Part shown: one piece after another, positions 10,896-22,900 of the stretch | Layout of the letters: every line of letters starts with the position of its first letter | Position numbering within the stretch: position 1 is the stretch's first letter | Origin: Octopus vulgaris | Lineage: Eukaryota | Direction: 5' to 3' | DNA length: 64,000 nt | NCBI GenBank assembly: GCA_951406725.2 | Contig: OX597821.1 | Coordinates: 65,720,001-65,784,000 of the forward strand | Position numbers and translations under genes: made by a program | The notes under the pieces: model-generated | The model's input: only the letters and a program-made list of their open reading frames with translations | Databases searched by the model: none | Told to the model about the DNA's origin: nothing

Positions 10896-11124
10896 CTGGA
10901 AAACAGATGAAATAAAAATGAATAAGGTGCACCATGAAAACTAGGGCAGTGTCAGAGTTCTGTGTTTGATGCCATTGTGTGTGTGTGTGTGTGTGTGTTA
11001 ACTTATATGTCCTTTCTCTATTCAAAACTGAAGGGTGTGTTTTGAGGAAGAATTGGCTGTTATTTCTAACATGTTGAACAGCAATGTAAAGGTACCTTTG
11101 TTGCCTCATTAATACAATTTACTA

Positions 11125-11700
11125 TAGGCTCGGGTGTGGCTGTGTAGCTAGATGCTTGCTTCCCAACCACACACTCACGGGTTCAGTCCCACTATGTGGC
11201 ACCTTGGGTAAGTGTCTTCTGCTATAGTCTCAGGCCAGTCAAAGCTTTGTTGTTGGTGATGGTCTAAGGCTTAGGGGTGGAAGACCCCAGACCTTGGAAA
11301 AAAAAACTTTGGTCATCTTGTTGTAGTCGAGGGCTCTTTGTTGATGTCTGACACCACTGGGAGGTGGCCCTCGAAGTCGCTGGAAATGGAGATCCCTAGG
11401 TCCAAATTCTTGAACAGTGCCAAAGCCTTGTGTGTGGATCTGATAGATGGAAACTAAAAGAAGCCCATCATATATATATGTCTATGTTTGTATGCCTTTG
11501 AGTTTGTCCCCAACCATTGCTTGATAACCAGTGTTAGCATGTTTACATCCCTGTAACTTAGAGTATGGGCAGAACAGACTGACTGAATAAACACCAAATT
11601 TAAAGAGAAAACAATAAATACTAGGAGTTGGTTCATTCGACTAAAAATCTTCAAGGCTGTGCCCCAGCATGGCCGCAGTCTAATGATTGATACAAGTAGA
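11125..11700 (+). mobile_element. SINE family A interrupted by a ~170-bp insertion (about 11250-11420)
   Basis: Head at 11125-11250; body resumes at 11420. The duplicated CAAAGCYTTGT flanks the insert. Confidence 0.75.
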
Positions 11701-11911
11701 ATGTACAAGGCTGAGCTGTTAATGGAAAGATCTGACTAATGATGGATCTAGCCAGCAAAAGTTGGTTTCTGTGGCTATTTTAATAGAGAGTAAGAGTAAT
11801 GGATAAAGTGCAGAGAGACATAAACTGGTTAAATTAATCACTGAATGATGAGTAATGAGTGACAAATAAAATGAAAAGTGAAGAGGAAGTAAAAAAAAAA
11901 AACAAACTTAC

Positions 11912-12104
11912 TACTGGCTGCAAAGAAAACCACATCGTTGCGTCCAGAGACATTAAACGCCATGGTCAGTTTCTGGAGCATGACGTCAGCCTTGTGAAAT
12001 ATTGGTGTTGAGTACATGTGCTGCAACAGCATGTGCATCAATGGTTTGTCTTTGATGAATGTTAAAACATTGTCAGGCAGTGAACGAGAGTCGTTGATTG
12101 AGCA
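11912..12104 (-). CDS. Sema2a: Semaphorin exon G: CSINDSRSLPDNVLTFIKDKPLM...VVFFAAS
   Basis: Acceptor CTTCAG|TGC, donor A|GTAAGT; 193 nt, phase 0 to 1. DS..LPD.VL.FIK..PLM motif. Confidence 0.94.
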
Positions 12105-12301
12105 CTGAAGATGTACACAAAAGACAGATATGTATAATTGACAAGTCAAACTGTGGTGAATAATGATCAAATAATGGAAATATTAAGTTTATCTCTACAA
12201 ATTCTTTTTTTATAAGACAGAGCCGCCACTGAAAGCCATGTTTCATATACAAATACATCAATGTAAACAATGTGATCGAAGATAGAAGACAATAGGTAAT
12301 G

Positions 12302-12348
12302 GTTGTATATGCATATTTCAAGAGTTATTGCTCTCTCATCAGTACCAC
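12302..12348 (-). ncRNA. Minimal type-I hammerhead ribozyme motif
   Basis: GTGGTA CTGATGA GAGAG CAATAA CTCTT GAAA TATGCATA TACAAC. Intact core, fully paired stem II, palindromic stem III, AUA triplet. Confidence 0.72.
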
Positions 12349-12617
12349 ATCCAAATATCAACTATCCATGAATGCATTGCTTAAATATCTACTAAGTTTA
12401 GTTATGTAACTCTATTGGATAAGCCAATTTACCCATTATATATAGTTGCAGGCATGGCTGTGTGATAAGAAGTTTGCTTCTCAACCACATGGTTCTGGGT
12501 TCAGTCCCACTGCATGACACCTTGGGCAAATGTCTTCTTCTATATAGCATGACCTCAGTCAAATGACTGAAACAAATAAATGAGTGTAAAAAGTATCCCT
12601 TCATTTTGCTTACTTAC

Positions 12618-12765
12618 ATTTCCTGGTCGAATAGCAGGGACTTGGTTATTGGCAACTGGTAACCAGTAAGATGTGTCCGTGTTCTGATCCTTAAAGGGGC
12701 CATCAAAGACTTTCTGTATGTCGGTCCAGTGGTATGCACAAATTGCAGAGGCTGTGATACCATTT
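12618..12765 (-). CDS. Sema2a: Semaphorin exon F: RNGITASAICAYHWTDIQKVFDGPFKDQ...WLPV...VPAIRPGN
   Basis: Acceptor CCGCAG|A, donor AAT|GTAAGT; 148 nt, phase 2 to 0. SAIC, F.GPFK.Q, WLPV and RPG motifs. Confidence 0.95.
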
Positions 12766-13139
12766 CTGCGGAGAGAGAGAGCGATAAGGATATACAAGGA
12801 AATATAGCAAGAGAAGCAGGTGAGATAGTATGTTAAGGGGTAGTTAAGAGGGTAGGATTTTAAGGGTGTAGGGCACAAGGGAAAAGGAAGTAGTGGGAGG
12901 TTTGGGTAAATTTGGGGTCAGAAGGTGAATACCCCTGAGACTACTGAAAATGTGGGAGATGGAGAGGGAAAGATAGAGGTCAAGTAGAGAATGAGAAATA
13001 CAAATAGAGTGAGTAAAAGATGTCTAGAAAGAAGCTTCTATTTACTTTGCTGAATCTATTTTATCTAGATAGAATATATGTGTGTGTGTGTGTGTATGTA
13101 TATAAATGTGTGTGTGTATATATATATATACGTGTTGTT

Positions 13140-13355
13140 GCCAGTACCGCCCGACTGTCCCCCCGTGCCAGTGGCACGTAAAAGCACCCACTACACTCTT
13201 GGAGTGGTTGGTGTTAGGAAGGGCATCCAGCTGTAGAAACTTAGACAGATCAAGACTGGAGCCTGGTGCAGCCATCTGGTTCGCCAGCCCACAGTCAAAC
13301 CGTCCAACCCATGCTAGCATGGAAAGCGGACATTAAACGATGAAGATGATGATGA
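13140..13355 (+). mobile_element. Retroposon family B
   Basis: Same body and (GAT)n tail. Confidence 0.8.
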
Positions 13356-13645
13356 TATGTGTGTGTGTGTGTGTGTGTGTGTATGATGGACTTTCCCGTT
13401 GTCAGATGACATTTGAGGGTTCGACATTTTCTTACCGAACAACCACGCAGATCATTTGTTTACAGTGATCAAATATTTTTATAGAGTTAAGCTCACTCCC
13501 TCCATCAGGTCGACATTACCTGTACAGGTGCAACGGAATGATCGCTGAGCAACATGAATATATAATTGAAAGCGAAGAGGAGAGTGGAGATTTATTTGCA
13601 CAAAACGTTTTTATAAAAAAAGTTTTCTACAGCATATATGACATT

Positions 13646-13731
13646 GGCTCACACAGGTTTCGACTGCAGCAACTGCACATTGCTCTGTATGCAATTATGC
13701 ATCCTAGTCACTACAATTTCATCAAGGGTCC
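13646..13731 (-). ncRNA. Decayed hammerhead motif with long hairpin stem II
   Basis: TTGATGA A ATTGTAGTGACT...AGTTGCTGCAGT C GAAAC CTGT GTG. C3 and the cleavage base are mutated. Confidence 0.4.
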
Positions 13732-13823
13732 ATCACTTATGATGTTTTCAAAGTGTGTGTGTATATGTGTGAGAGGGAGAAAGAGAGAGTCAGAGAGAAT
13801 TGAAGAGAGGATTTAAATTTTTA

Positions 13824-13909
13824 TTCACCTGAAGAAAGCATTTCTTTTTTTCATGACATAATTGATTTGTTCATCAATGAAAAAGTGTGTATGAAACAGC
13901 TGTAGTGAA
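13824..13909 (+). ncRNA. Type-I hammerhead ribozyme motif (palindromic stem III)
   Basis: TTCAC CTGAAGA A...T GAAAC AGCT GTA GTGAA. Perfect stem I, intact core, ACAGCTGT palindrome, GUA triplet. Confidence 0.72.
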
Positions 13910-14630
13910 CCTCAACCCATTTGTGTTCTCATATAAAAATCTATCTATCTAGCCATATATACCATCCCACCCATGCTAACATGGAATATGGATGTTAAAT
14001 GATGATGATGATGATGATGATGAAGATGATATTGTTCCTCTTTTTCTCTCTCTTCTCTTCTCACGTGACCGTTGGCTGACTGCTATCCCTTTTTGTGTCT
14101 GACCACGGTCACTGCCACATCGATATTCTTCCCTCTGACGTAAAGCTTCATTTCCACACGCGCCAGCTGAATTTAATTCATCCCCAGTTGAAAGACGCCT
14201 GTTGTTATGTCCTGGTATTATTATTATTATTGTTTTTTAATTGTATTTTTGTATTTATATTCGTGTAACATCGTCTGTTTTTCCATCCTTGTTTTGTATA
14301 CATTCAATGCTTTTTCCCAAGGAATCTAATGCTCTTAGCTTAGTTTTTCCTTGGGGCTGGCCAGATTGGAGCAATCTCAAGATTAATCAGCTGAAATTGT
14401 GAGGATGATCCGGTTCTTGACTGAAGATAAAAGACCTCGAGTGACCCATCTGCGTTTTTTTGTATCGTCTATCTGGATGTTTGTTGTTCTTTTTTCTATC
14501 ACCTAGTTGTCCGGATGGTTTGCGTTCTTGTCCCATTTTGTATTTTATTTTATATATATATATTGATCAAACCTCCTGTGAGTTAACATAGAATCTCTTG
14601 ATGACAATGCAACCTTCATTTGACTAAGGT

Positions 14631-14724
14631 ATCTTCAGCCTGATGATTCGCTAGTAGATTACCCTTTGTTTTAATAATTATTACTTCCAAGTTCTGCTGT
14701 CTATGAAACATATGTAGACTAGAT
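14631..14724 (+). ncRNA. Hammerhead motif, long stem II family
   Basis: CTGATGA ...about 58 nt... GAAAC ATAT GTA GACTAGAT. Palindromic stem III; base of stem II eroded. Confidence 0.45.
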
Positions 14725-15157
14725 TTTTATCTACTCCATTCCCTAAATTTGGATTTCATTTCACATACACAGCAAACCCCAGTTGCTAACCATAAACTAT
14801 GAAATAAAACTTTTCAGCTTATCAAACTTCAATATGGGAAAAATTTACAAACTTCTATGTCAATAAATCCCTATTGCTCATAAAAGTTGTCTTTTATACC
14901 TTCTATGGACTGCTTGAAACTTACTACCTTCCTACAGCTTGATCCTTAGATCTTATCTTTACATATTACTATATATATATATATATGCGGGCGCACATGT
15001 GTAGGTTTGAACAGGCGCGCTTACGCGAATACTATGAACTTTTTACCCCCTTACCTTAATTAGCGGTCATTCGAATAGCTCTTTTGTCTAAATAGCGGTC
15101 CATAACACAGTAATTTCCCATTGTATAATGGTATATTTTTCATAGTGTTTTACCGAT

Positions 15158-15229
15158 GGCTGGATAACTGAAGAGATGGTGGTGTGGATTTCCACCTCAG
15201 CATCCGAAACTCAGTGTTTTATCTTGGCT
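15158..15229 (+). ncRNA. Type-I hammerhead motif
   Basis: GGATAA CTGAAGA GATG...CATC C GAAAC TCAGT GTT TTATCT. Stem I pairs, core intact, one unpaired C at the stem II junction. Confidence 0.55.
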
Positions 15230-15258
15230 ACTGAATAATTGTCACATATTACATTTAC

Positions 15259-15295
<37 letters not shown>

Positions 15296-15754
15296 TCTAT
15301 ATATACCCATAGTGAGAATTTACAAAAAAACAAAAGACGAAGATAGGTGTGTAAACATGAAACAGATGTATTAGTTTAATGCTTGGGAAGTGAGAAAGTC
15401 TTTTGTGTTTCGAGCCTATGCTCTTCAACAGAAAGGAACACAGAAATAAACAGGGAGAGAAAATAAAACAAAAATTATAGTGGCTAGCTATCTATCATGG
15501 CGAAAACAAATATATATGTATACATAAATAAAAAGGAATTAGTGAAGGAAACATTATATAACAACCCAAAATAGCAGCGCTCCAGCAAGGCCACAGCTTG
15601 TGAGCTGAAACTAGTTCAATTCAATTCAATATATATATATTATACATGCATATATATATACACACACACACATATAGCTAGATAAATATAAATAGATTAA
15701 AAGTGAAAAAGAGAGTGAGAGAGTGAAATAGATTAAAAAAGGAGTTTCACTGAC

Positions 15755-15809
15755 CTGTTTGTTGTAAATAAGCCATAGAATATCTTATTGTCTTGTGTGT
15801 AAACATCCT
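15755..15809 (-). CDS. Sema2a: Semaphorin exon E: [18 protein letters not shown]
   Basis: Acceptor TTACAG|AG, donor AG|GTCAGT; 55 nt, phase 1 to 2. FYG.FTT motif; phases fit both neighbours. Confidence 0.9.
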
Positions 15810-17384
15810 CTGTAAATAACAAAGGGTAAATTCTCAGAAAGATCCAGACAGATATGTATTTGTGGTATGAATTTGTATGGCTTACAATATATATATATAT
15901 ATATATGTGCGTGTGTGTGTGTGTTTGTGTGTGTATGTATATATATATATTTATGTATGTATGTATATATGTATGTATATATGTATGTATATATGTATGT
16001 ATATATGTATATATATGTATATATATATATATGTATATATATATACATATATATACATATATACATACATATATACATATATATCTATACATATATATAT
16101 ATATATATATATGTATGTATATATATACATACATATAAATGTATATATGTATGTATATATATATACATACATATATATGTATATATGTATGTATATATAT
16201 ATGTATATATGTATATATATATACATGTATATATCTATACATACATACATACATATATATATATTTGTGTGTGTGTGTGTGTGTATTTGTTTATACACTG
16301 TGGCTATGTGGTGTTCAACAGACAATGCAATGTGTAAGTATGCGTGCATGTATATATGTATGCATATAAAAGGATGTGTGTGTTCCTTAATGTTGAGACT
16401 GCGTATGCTAATGATATAAATATTTGCCTCCATGTTATGCGATATCGGTGTGTGTGTGTGTGTGTGTGTGTTTTGATTTATGCATATGATTGCCTTTGAA
16501 AATCTATATACATACATACATACAAATACATGCACACACACACACACATGTAAATACATACATACACATATACATACATAAACATGCATACACACACACA
16601 TATACACATTTGTTTACTCTGCATAGTGTAAGACTTCTAGAAGTAAGGTACACCTTAGATTTTCTTTAATTATTTCTTCAAGAAAAGGTTATTCTGATAA
16701 ATCTGTAAACATTTCTGAGACTGATTATCTTCTTATGCTTCTCTTTTGAATTTCTTCGTTTTCACTAACAAAAGTCATTGCAGTACTGCTGTACGTTCTG
16801 TTCTTGATTTAAGATTTCCTCTCAAATTTTGTTAGTGATGGTCATATTAATTTCAGTTGTGTGTACACCCAACATACACACAAACACATGTATATTTAGA
16901 TACATGTGTAGCTGTGTGGGTAAGAAGTTAGCTTTCTAACCACTTGATCTCAAGTTCAGTTTCACTGCGTGGCACATTGTGAGGGGGATGCTGTCTCCTT
17001 GCCTTTGTATCATATAATGATATTAAATGAGTGTCATCAGCTTAAAAGCAATATCATTCATTTCTAATCTTTCATAAAACAGGTCTGGTCAAGGGGAAAA
17101 TATCTTACTTGGAAACAGGCGAAGGTTGGTTACAGGAAGGGCATTTGGTCATAGAAAATCTTCCTCCACCAACAAAATTCTGTCCAACCCATGTGAGAAT
17201 GGAAAAGTGTATGCGATGATTATGCATATGGACAGGAGGGAAAGACCACTCCATCATAACCCATTTTCTATCTTTTTTTTGCTTGGCTTCCAAGACTTGC
17301 AAAGTTAATTGAGGAATAAATCATTAACTTTTTAGCATTCAGATTACTCACCTGGATGGTGGCAGGACAAACACAGACACACAC

Positions 17385-17880
17385 TAACCACATGGTTCTG
17401 GATTCAGTCCCACTGTGTGGCACCTTGGGTAGGTGTCTTCTACTATAGCCTTCAGTTGACCAAAACCTTGTGAATGGATTTGGCAGACAGAAACTGAAAG
17501 AAGTCTGTTGTGTGTGAGTGTATATATATATATATATGTATGTATGCATGTATGTATGTGTTTGCCCCCACCCCCATCATTGCTTGACAACCGATGTTGG
17601 TGTGTTTATGTCCCTATAACTTAGCAGTTCAGCACAAGAGACCAATAGAATAAGTACTAGGCTTACAAAGAATAAGTCCTGGGGTCAATTTTTTTCGGCT
17701 AAAGGCAGTGCTCTAGCATGGCTGCAGTCAAAAGACTGAAACAAATAAAAGAATACGATGGGCCTCTTTCAGTGTCTGCCTACCAAATCCACTTCTCCAA
17801 GGTGCCACGCAGTTGGACAGAACCTGGAACCATGAGGTTGAGAAGCAAGCTTCTTACCTCACAGCCACACATGCGCCTAT
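17385..17880. mobile_element. Two tail-to-tail SINE family A copies nested in a TTAA-bounded MITE
   Basis: Plus-strand copy at 17385-17754 followed directly by a minus-strand partial copy at 17756-17880. Confidence 0.75.
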
Positions 17881-18446
17881 ATATTGAATTAATCATGTAT
17901 TATCTTGTAGCTTTGAGATTTTGATGATGTGATTGTTTGTTTTTAGAATGACATAATGTAGCTGTGTTGTTGGTTTCAACATACAGCAAGTAGAATATTT
18001 AGGCCATATATGGTCAGTTTAAATGCTAAGGGGGTTAAACCAAGATTCGTAGGTTATCTTAAACCAGAGGATGTGGACAGAAGGCTAGCCAAAGACTAGA
18101 CTCCACTGAAGGCATACAAAGTATTTTGTGGTGGTGTTACCCACCACTAGGAAAACTCGACAGATTAATTAACGAATAATGGCTTGTGTGAGATCAATTG
18201 AATCAACTCCTGCACATGTCTGGTGGACATTTTAATGACCCTGGGTGAATTTCTAGCAAAACGGATGACAGCAGGATTTGAATTCAGACGTCTTGTATGG
18301 AATGAAAAATATTGTATGTACTTCTTTTTAAAGGTATCTCTACAAATTTTTAATGAAAATTAGAGCTAGCACTGAGAGTGACAACGTTTGGTATATGAAT
18401 GCATCTATGTAAACAATGCAGCTGAAGATAAAAAAATAAGGAATGA

Positions 18447-18492
18447 GTGTATATACACATTTCAGGAGTTATAGCTCTTTCTTCAGTACCAC
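18447..18492 (-). ncRNA. Minimal type-I hammerhead motif (paralog of 12302-12348)
   Basis: GTGGTA CTGAAGA AAGAG CTATAA CTCCT GAAA TGTGTATA TACAC. Flanks are homologous to 12255-12370. Confidence 0.6.
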
Positions 18493-19007
18493 ATCTAATC
18501 CATTAAACAACCATGGGATAACATTGAAAATTGATTGAATCACACTGCTGGCACAGGTGGGACACAGTGTTGAGTCAAAAGCCTTTAGTATGCTTTGTTG
18601 TATACTATGGTTGTAAAACGAAATACAGTGTCCTCAGCAGTATTTAATATGTATTTACTTCCAAGTCATACTAATTCATATTTGAGAAAACACTGTAAAG
18701 TGGTGGGCATTTGGAAGAGCATCCAGCTGTAAAAACCATACCAAAACTGACCTTGCTTGCATGAGTGCCATGTAAAACGCACTCAGCTCACTCTACAGAA
18801 TGATTGATGTTAGGAAGGGCATCCAGCCATAAAAGCCATGCCAAAACAGACACAGAAGCATGGTGCAGGCTCCTGCCTGGCCAGTTCCTGTTAAACCATC
18901 CAACACATACCAGCATGGAAGGAGGACATTAAACGATGATGATGATGAGGAGGAAAACATGAGTGTGACTTATACATGAGTGCAACTTAAATATGTTATT
19001 TACATCA

Positions 19008-19175
<168 letters not shown>

Positions 19176-19944
19176 TTATGAAGTGAATAGCAATGAAAAC
19201 ATTTTGGCAAACTTCTTAGCTGGTTGATTGACTGACTGAATAATTAATTAAACAATTAATTAGTTAATTCGTTAAATAGTTAACAAATAAAAATAAAGAA
19301 GTGAAATAAAACCAGCATGGTTGTTTATTGTTGGCTTAATGACCCTCCCAAGAAAGAAAACAATAAACCTTGTAAATCATGGTTGGCAAAGGGTTAACTT
19401 ATAAACCTTGGTTGAATTTCATGTTTTGTACGTGTGTGTATATATATATATATGTACAGTGAAGGCATGTGACTTAGTGGTTGGGGCATTTGGCTCACGA
19501 TCGTAAGATTGTGAGTTAAATTCCCGGTTATGCATTGTGTCTTTGAGCAAGACCCCTTTATTTCACATTGCTCCAGTCCACTCAGCTGGCAAAAATGAGA
19601 AGTACCTGTATTTCAAAGGGCCAGCATTGTCACATGCTGTGTCATGTATCTGTGGAGTGCTCAGCTACTTGCATGTTAATCTCATGAGCAAGCTGTTTCA
19701 TCGATTGTATCAGCTGGGACCCTTGTTGTTATAACTGATGGAGTGCTCCTTTAACACACACACACACACAAACACACACTTTCTTTATGGATTAACAAGC
19801 TAACCAATGGTTTCAAGTGAAGAGATCTTCACAATTGTTTGAGTGTGACACATGACCAAGTAAGTGTATGTATGTATGTATGCATGCATGTGTGTGTGTG
19901 TGTATAAATATATATAGGTAGATATGTGTGTCTGTATGTATATA

Positions 19945-19977
<33 letters not shown>

Positions 19978-22900
19978 TGTCAAACCTGGTCACCAAACCA
20001 TTAATTGTTAATTAATAAAGTTAACATTTTTATTAGCGATTTAACTTTTAAGTTAACTTTGGAAATCCTTATCAGACTAATTAATGTCTGTTACGTTTAA
20101 CTTCTGTTAACTCAAGTCAATTTGAGTTAGCATTTGTTAACTTCAGTTCAATTAAAGTTAACGAATCTTACAGTTTTGGCACTTCTTAAAGGTGTTTTTA
20201 GGTGGTTTTAGAACAGAAACTGATTTTACATTCTGTTACATTAGGAAATAATAAACTGGTTAACAGTTATCAAAGTTAACGTTTTGGTTAAGAGATTAAT
20301 GGTTAACGAAGTTAACTTTTCGATTAACAGTGTCCACCTATGCCTATTGTTGGATTGGACCAATACTTGAATGATATAACAAAATATCTTATAGAGAAAC
20401 CAGTTTGAGTATCAATACAGTTTTATAACTTTTCTTATCACATGAGATCAGGAAAATTTGTTTATAATTATAATTCATCTTGATATTAAGATATTTAGAG
20501 TATATATAGCAAAATATTATGTGTTGAAGAATAAACAGAAGCAGTGGTGATTTACAAAAATTTTTTAGCAAATATGGGAAATGACGCTAATCATGTTTCA
20601 ATATTATTACGCCCTCATTAGCAAAACTGTGAGAGTCATAGTTTCTAAGTAGTTATGGGGGGAAAAATATATCACTTGGTAAATGTACAAGATTTTATAT
20701 TTGTTGATGTAGGAAAATATAATATACAAAGATGCAATCTTTGTGAAAAACAACAATTACTGTTAATATGTTTGGTACAGTCAGCATAAAAGTAAAAAAA
20801 AAAACATGTGAGGTAGTGGGGCTCTGAAAGGGGTCTCAGGGAGTAGCGTCCCTGCTTTCCTGAGCTAGTTTTCCACCATGTTTCTTAAAAATCATGGTCT
20901 CGGGACCACGCATGTCTAGAAACTGAGGTTGGGGGCAAGCAACAAAATGCACCCCATAGAAAATCCAGCTCAAAAAAAGCTTCATGATAGCAAAGGAGAA
21001 TGGGCACCAGCCAGCCGAAATGTTGGGGTGAGCTGCACCTGCCTACCTTGGTTGTTATGGCATTGAGGTACATCCGGCCACCCCATTAACGGGGACAAAA
21101 TCTAGACTTAAAACACTGGATGATGATGATATATAGAGAGAAATGTATATGTGTGTTTTTATTTAAAAAAATGAAAATTGCTTTCTTTTGAGACAAAATA
21201 CCGTACCAGATTCTATAAGGAAAAGCATAATCAACCAGAATGAAATGGATATATTTTAAAGGTAGTGTTTCAAAGAGAACTTGAAAGTTATTAATAGTTT
21301 TGTTCTGACCTTTCTGTTTTGTAACTTGGGGGATGAAAGGCAAAGCTAACCCTGTTGCAATTTCAATCCCAGAATATGAGTACATAATGATTTGTCATTG
21401 ACACAAGGGCAGTGATTTTTTATGGGAGGATTTCAACTCTAATACATGTCAAGCATATTTCACTCCTTTCAGAAAGATGAATAGCCAAGTTGACCCAGGT
21501 CCCATGATGTAATATGAACAAAAAAATAAAAGGAATTAGTACAATGTGAGCAGGCATGGCTGTGTGATTAAAAAGTTTCCTTCCCAATCACATGGTTTCA
21601 GGTTCAGTCCCACTGCATGGCACCTTGGGCAAGTATCTTCTATATCCTTGGTTTGACCAAATTTTTGTGAGTGGATTTGGTAGATGGAAACTGGAAAGAA
21701 GCCCATTGTATTTGTATCTATGTTTGTATCTCCTTGTCTTGTCTGTGAGAGATTATTGTAAATGAATGCCATTCATTCCTTATATTCTGCAAAAAATGTC
21801 TGGTAATAGGGAAATATTACTCAGCTTGAAATGCGGTAAGGGTTGGTGACAACAAGAGCATCCAGCTGTTGAAAATTTGCCTCAATAACTTTCATCTGAC
21901 CCAAGCAAGCATGGAGAAGTAGACATTAAAAGGACGATGATAACTACAAAACATTTATATATACAAGTTGTAACCTGGACACAGGACCCTAAGTTTATTA
22001 TTTATTATTTCACAGTGTACAAGGTAGCTATATGTAGTTACTTTCTCCCTAAAGCATATACTTCTGTTTTTTATTTTTTCTCTCTTAAGTCTACTCCTTA
22101 TTCTATCAATCTCTTTTACCAAACTGCTAAGTTATGGGATGTAAACAAACCAACACTGATTATCAAACGGTGTGTGACAAAGGCACTAAGACACACACAC
22201 ACATACACACAGATGGTGGGCTTCCACACAGTTTCCATCTACCAAATCCACTCACAAAGCAATTGGTCAACCCAGGACTATAGTAAAAGACACATGGCCA
22301 AGATGCTATGCAGTGGGATTGAACCAAGAACAATATGGTCATCAAGCAAGCTTTTTATCCACACAGCCATGCCTACAGCTGTAAGAACAGTTACTCAAGA
22401 ATCTCAGGTTCAAATCAACTGCAGGCAGTCTTCCGCTACTTATCTATTAGGACATAAAACTTAATGTTTAAAATTTTTTACTACAAGTAATATCAGCAGG
22501 AATCTCGCTGGAATGCGTGTACGAGATAGACTTATCCAGCAGGGAGGAGAGAGATTTATGGTACATCCTTCCAAATGAAGGAGTGAAATCTAAGATAAAA
22601 CACCTGGCCTTTAACAAATACAGACATTCGTACGCACACAAACGCACCAGCATACAAACTCACACACATACTCATTTATATACATGCACAAACACAAACA
22701 TTCACACACACAATCATTTACATACAAACATTCATTTACAGGCATATACAAACACATTTACACATACACACACACACACACAGACGCAATTATTTATATA
22801 TGAACATTCATTCATACACATACATGCAATCACATACACATACATAGATTCATTTTACATGCACACACACAAACACTCATTTACACACATAAACACACTC

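Noticed and set aside
14421-14450. Other CTGANGA occurrences (e.g. 14421, 17034, 18422, 18631, 58505)
   Set aside because: There is no stem II closed by GAAA and no stem I complement, so these are chance heptamers.
15733-16607. Long ORFs rich in Y/I/H/T/C/V (also 31094-32600, 41798-42175, 62157-62702)
   Set aside because: They are translations of (TA)n/(CA)n microsatellites. Only the 55-nt semaphorin exon at 15755-15809 is real.
20815-21130. Possible HDV-like ribozyme at the 5' end of a (GAT)n-tailed element
   Set aside because: A hairpin (CTCAGGGAG/TTTCCTGAG) followed by CTAG is present, but I could not assign P1, P2 and P3 pairings.
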